A stretch of DNA of 63,421 nt, counting the filler, from Catajapyx aquilonaris (taxonomy: Eukaryota): NCBI GenBank assembly GCA_000934665.2. It is 4 parts of 4 records of this genome, joined end to end, with 100 filler letters (N's around TTAATTAATTAA, not from the genome) between each part and the next. Parts side by side here need not be neighbours in the genome. Positions count along the whole stretch, not along the records: positions 47,637 to 63,421 come from JYFJ02007401.1; 3 more parts are not named here. One strand, given 5' to 3'. The notes under the pieces were generated by a model. That model did not search any database. It saw nothing but the letters and a program-made list of their open reading frames with translations, and had not been told where the DNA came from. Shown piece after piece: positions 59,307 to 63,421 of the stretch. The position numbers were made by a program, and so were the translations under genes. Within the stretch, counting starts at the first letter, position 1. Each line of letters opens with the position of its first letter.

Positions 59307-62226
59307 CCCGCCGCTGGCGAATTTTTTTCCAGTTCAAGGTCACAACCCTACCTGGCGACCCCAAAGAACCCATAGAACAGTGCAATATTACGGCCAAATA
59401 TACTTCATTTAGACATTGATAACTTACGAATTTACAATACGGGACAACGGGACATTGAGTTTAAATACGGAACTGTCCCGTACAATACGGGACGTCTGGT
59501 CAGGCTGTGCACAATACTGTTTTTTCCTCTTTATTTTCCGTACAGGTAAGGCTTTTTGTTGGAGGAATGCAGCTGGATAAGGTGTTCCCCAACTTACAGA
59601 GAGTCAATATTGCATGAAAATGTGAAAATGAAATAGTTTCGTAGAATATCTTGCCCGAAAGTAGATGAAAGATATGCTTTCAAAGCACTCAAAGCAGTGG
59701 TGGGTGAGGGCTCCTTGCCTTGGGTAAGGTGCACCCTGTTGCTAGAGCAAGAACTTCCAGAGTGGACAAAGAGAGATCGCTACGGTTGTAAGCGAAATAT
59801 TATTGAGAATGACACATATTTTCCTGCTTTACATTATTTTATTTCAATTTAGACATATTTCCTTTTAAAAATGCCAGAGGCACTAGGTCATTGGGTGAAG
59901 GGGGCCGGGTGTCCCGGCGGGAAACGACCGCGTCCCGCCCGGGCCAACCCGACGCTGGTCACAGCCCATTCAGCTAAAAAAAAAACATTTTTTCGGATGT
60001 CTATTAAACCCTAATAAGACAGGCGTATCATATTGAGGGTGAGAGATCAGAAGGGCGTATGAACCATCCTCGATATGCTGGCTTTAAAAAATTCTGCTGG
60101 CGAAACTATAGCGTTTTTCCACTATGTAACGTGGTTTCTGTGTGGCTTTTTTATTTTCTTTCACATAACAAAATCGCGAATTTTGGACTACAACATATTG
60201 CATAAATAAACCAGATGAACTTGAATGACATCATCTTTTTGCGGCTGCTGAAACCCCCCCCNCCCCCCCCCCCGAAAAAAGAGAATATTATGACCTTGGC
60301 TGGCAAATTTTGGTATACAGAGTTGCCCCCAAACCTGCTCAAGAGATTCTACCCTAAAATTAGTGCAAAAGAAAATTCAATAGTTTTAAAATAAATAATG
60401 TTCGTAAATGGGCAATTCCATGGCGCAGCCGTCCGTACGTAACGCAAGTGTTGCCTACGTGCACAAGAGTATTTTATTATAACAATGCCAGGATGCATGC
60501 ACTGCATGCTTAATCCATTTCATGTAATGTGTGGGTATTGTTACAATAAAATACGCTAGTACATGTCTGCAAAACCTGCATTACGTACGGACAATATGGC
60601 CGCCTTTCGTGGAATTGCCCAAATGCCAATTAGCGGCTGGCGGGCCACTGCGTAACTCCCACCTGGCCTTCGCCAAGATGGAGGGGCGCATGCCTCGCGG
60701 GGCTTTTGAACAGCTGTGGAGCAAGACAGGTTTCCACTCGGGTGGGGGGTGTATGTTTGTCTCAGTAGCTGGGATGCCTGTCCTGTGACGAATTATTCAT
60801 GCATACTGGTCTGTTCAGCAGCGCCAGGGCGACATACACATACTTCTTGTCAGCACAGGAGTGACAAAAATTGGAGGAAAGAAATACTTAGGCGCGAAAC
60901 GCACCCCTGCGGCGTCTGCTGAGACTTTAGAATTTAGATCTCCACATGGTATGGCAAGAGGGTCCCATATATGGCCTCAGGATCAAACCTAGACACTACA
61001 CAATGTTACTCACTTGATTAGTCACGTGTGGTCCCTCAAATGACAACGCAAGGGATTTTTTTGCAGATTCTTGCAAAAACGCGAAAAAAACCGCCCGTCT
61101 AATTAGGTTTAAACATGTGTAATAGATGTTTCAAATATTCAGCATTATGGGCGGCATGGTGGTCTAGTGGTTACGCCACTGGCCAGCCAAGCGGGAGGCC
61201 GGGGTTCAGATCCCATCCCCGTCACCTCTGCTTGGCCGGCTTTTTCCGCTTTTCACCTGACATGCCGGAGCAGAAATGCACTCCCTTCTCTGCTCGGGGC
61301 CAGGAGAAAAGGCCTGGTGTTAAAGAATGTCAGAAATGGCTATCGCACGGCGCCCTCCCTTGGGAACTTCCCCTTCCCCCCCTAAGAGGGCCACGAGCCC
61401 CATCACGGGGTAACAAAAAAAACAAAAAAAAAACAAAAAAAAAATATTAGTCTTGGTTGCGGGAAAATGTGGAAATTCTGGAACCTATCTCATTTACTTA
61501 CATTGTAATTTTGTCTCGTTTTGCGACGATTCACTTACGCTGCTATGTTGCTGGAACCAATTACCAGCGTGAAACAGGTACTTCCTGTATAACATAATTT
61601 TTTTGGATCATCGGCCTAGGAGTTGTTTCAAGTCAAACACAGGGCTAAACAGATAGTATTCAGGTGGTGCATTGAAATTAATGAGAGGTAGTGTATATCA
61701 AGGTTATTCAGTGAAATTCAACCTCAAGGTTATGATCTCAATGTACAAAGGATGAGCTTTCACCCTGTTTGGTACATTTCAAAAGTGTTCATTGATCATA
61801 ATAGTTTTACGTGCATTTTTCCAAGCCTAATGCTTGAACTCGCAGGCAACAACCACAATCAGTACTACTACTACTACGTAGCTTTTCTTTTATGAAAATG
61901 AACAAATATGTTTCTTCTCTGCAGTGCTATGAGAAAGTGAACAAGCCCCATCTAGGTGAAGGGGGGACACGGGCTATGTGTGCCATGGAGCTCAAGTCAA
62001 ACATGATAGCTGCAGTAGACACACCTACCTGCATTAGGAGGTCCAACATGATCACAAGCCTGAATCAAGGTTAATTATTGTCTTTTAAAATCAGTGTTTA
62101 GTGTTTGAGTTTCTTACTAACAGGTCTTTTCATACTGACAGTGCACTTTTGTGACCCGCTGGGGGATAAGAACATTTGGGCTACCCTGCTGCCATACAAT
62201 GAGACCACTGCCAGTGATAATAACAG
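50012..62226 (+). CDS. nct: Nicastrin (gamma-secretase subunit), 5' part; exons 50012-50090, 50696-50797, 52201-52324, 56422-56674, 61925-62069, 62142-62226
   Basis: Signal peptide MASVSRACMSAAAFLLASALFVSSVQG, then [83 protein letters not shown] and CDPLGDKNIW. All introns are GT-AG and phase-compatible. Confidence 0.93.
50380..50590. mobile_element. MITE
   Basis: AGCCGGTA...AGAGTTTTCTCTCATAAGAG / CTCTTATGAGAGAAACTCT...TACCGGCT inverted ends. Confidence 0.6.
50830..51010 (-). pseudogene. C-terminal relic of a hAT-like (DUF659-type) transposase
   Basis: DISLFMYDPVALCDVKRSFSTCRNVMSDRRHRIT resembles the F.YAP.TS.DVERSFS.YK..L.D.R dimerisation-region motif. Confidence 0.55.
53156..53452 (-). 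mobile_element. SINE family B (short form)
   Basis: Reverse-complement Ser(GCT) head, (TTA)-type tail, 15-bp TSD AAATCACTGTATTTT (53141-53155, 53454-53468). Confidence 0.88.
53825..54078 (+). mobile_element. SINE family C, 3' truncated
   Basis: TGGCCGAGATGG A box, GGTTCAATC B box, shared middle domain. Confidence 0.8.
54895..56053. mobile_element. 1159-bp foldback element with 4-bp TSD TGGT (Sola2-like termini)
   Basis: GGGCGATTCCAGGA.AG.TCATGCAAAA / TTTTGCATGAACTGTCCTGGAATTGCCC, with long internal inverted arms at about 55050-55305 and 55635-55890. Confidence 0.8.
57115..57235 (+). repeat. Dispersed repeat fragment (second copy 63325-63421)
   Basis: CCTCCTGAGACCCGAGAAGAATTGA...TTCCTATTGCATTTTCTGA...CCAATAAGAAA is shared by both sites. 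Confidence 0.7.
57492..58412. mobile_element. TA-flanked non-autonomous DNA transposon
   Basis: TA|GGGGAGACTGGGGCACAGTGGACC ... GGTCCACTGTGCCCCGGTCTCCCC|TA, with the motif GGGGCACAGTGG repeated internally in both orientations. Confidence 0.8.
58436..58907 (+). mobile_element. piggyBac-like non-autonomous element (TTAA TSD), second copy
   Basis: Same termini and body as 5751-6179 plus a short internal extra segment. Confidence 0.82.
60410..60620 (+). mobile_element. 211-bp MITE, second copy, 4-bp TSD AAAT
   Basis: Near-identical to 40629-40839. Confidence 0.85.
61149..61444 (+). mobile_element. tRNA-derived SINE, family D (Gly-like head)
   Basis: A box TGGTCTAGTGG, degenerate B box GGTTCAGATCCC, distinct body, shared terminal CCCCCCTA...ATCACGGGGT motif and A-rich tail. 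Confidence 0.75.
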
Positions 62227-63421
62227 GTGAGGAAACTTATATTTTACTGTTATTGCATAATCCAATGCAGCACTTTCTAAGGAGCTACTGATAATAATGG
62301 AAAGGAATTTGAGTTTGGGAGAATTGCATTTTGTTACAACCTGTTCAGGTGTGATGTGGTTTTATAATCAGAAGCAATTGTAATGTTGTGTACTTTGCTT
62401 TACATGATTATTTTAGATGGTTTTTTCCCTCCCATATTCTGGATATTGCAATTTATTTTAAAATAGTAGAACAGACAATACCGGATGGTGCTCTGCCCAA
62501 CTTAGGGGAAGAAGGCATGGATTGATTTGCTCAGGAAATAGCTTGACAAGTATAAATCCACTGATAGTAATAATGAGACCATATTCACATGTCGGGATTG
62601 TTGTCTTTCTCTAAACATGTAGTTGAAGTTAACAATCCATCATAATATCATCCCTTGAATTGGGGATTTAGACAGTGCACCACCCTGTATAATGAGTTTC
62701 ACTTATTTCAATAGCCAATAATTGATTCCGCAAAGTGTCTTCTAGCTTAAAAGTTGTCGAAGGTACTATGAGAAAGACTTGTCTTAGTTTTGAGCTCAGT
62801 GTATGACTCACTTCATGCCCAAGTGAATATAGGAGGCTCATCCTTTCCTACCAGGGATGTCATTGTATTCAATGACCGCTGCAGTTGGTGAAAAATAATC
62901 TCATACTGTGTGCACAACCGCCTCTTGCCGACCGATTAGGAAGTTGCAGTGAGAGAAATAGGTTCAAAGCATTGGCAATAAGGAAAACCCTGAAACCTGC
63001 TGCAGGAAATGTTATTGGGGGCATGTTACAAATGAAACCAGCCAAGTTAAATTTCGGCTTGGCTGGTCAGGGCTTTTCCCCTCGAACGTCATTATCGCAA
63101 CCACAGAAAGATAACTCCAAGCAGACCAGAACCACACAACCACGAGCTTGCCTGTGAAGGGAGATGATGGAGGCCTCGCCTGGCAAGGACAGGGTTGTGG
63201 TTGGGAGGGAGGGAGGGAGGTGGGGGAATCATCATCATCTCAAAGTGGTTCCAAAACAGGAAGACTATAAATTCTTGTGAGAGATTTGTTCCTTCCTTGC
63301 CTATCACACATTAACTAGTTATAACCTCCTGAGACCCGAGAAGAATTGAGTAACGCAATATCAGTTCCTATTGCATTTTCTGAACATTTTCCCAATAAGA
63401 AACGAGAAAAAAATTTTAGTT

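Noticed and set aside
1..63421. Functional cluster linking LRP4, nicastrin, tweek and the zinc-finger genes
   Set aside because: The genes lie on separate contigs joined by artificial spacers.

Overview
Eukaryotic, intron-containing DNA from an arthropod (pacifastin gene, short GT-AG introns, insect-type SINEs). The window is not one locus. It is four unrelated contigs of about 15.8 kb (1-15789, 15890-31655, 31756-47536, 47637-63421) joined by an artificial 100-bp spacer (44 N + TTAATTAATTAA + 44 N). Contig 1 holds a two-exon secreted pacifastin-like peptide gene, a complete angel (ANGEL2-like EEP phosphatase) gene on the minus strand, and a divergently oriented LRP4-type receptor gene truncated at its 3' end. 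Contig 2 holds two tandem paralogous poly-C2H2 zinc-finger genes. Contig 3 holds 12 internal exons of tweek/BLTP1 (KIAA1109). Contig 4 holds the first six coding exons of nicastrin. Introns and intergenic DNA are packed with tRNA-derived SINEs, MITEs, Helitron-like elements, a solo LTR and decayed transposases, often nested. No prokaryotic system or CRISPR array is present. The best leads are: (1) modular SINEs whose internal and 3'-terminal hairpins keep their pairing despite different sequences; (2) a fast-evolving zinc-finger cluster with no KRAB/ZAD domain, SUMO-motif-rich N-termini and a conserved cryptic exon downstream of each gene; (3) the pacifastin gene, which needs a GC-AG intron; and (4) a candidate mitochondrial presequence on Angel. 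All calls come from manual reading; no database search was run.
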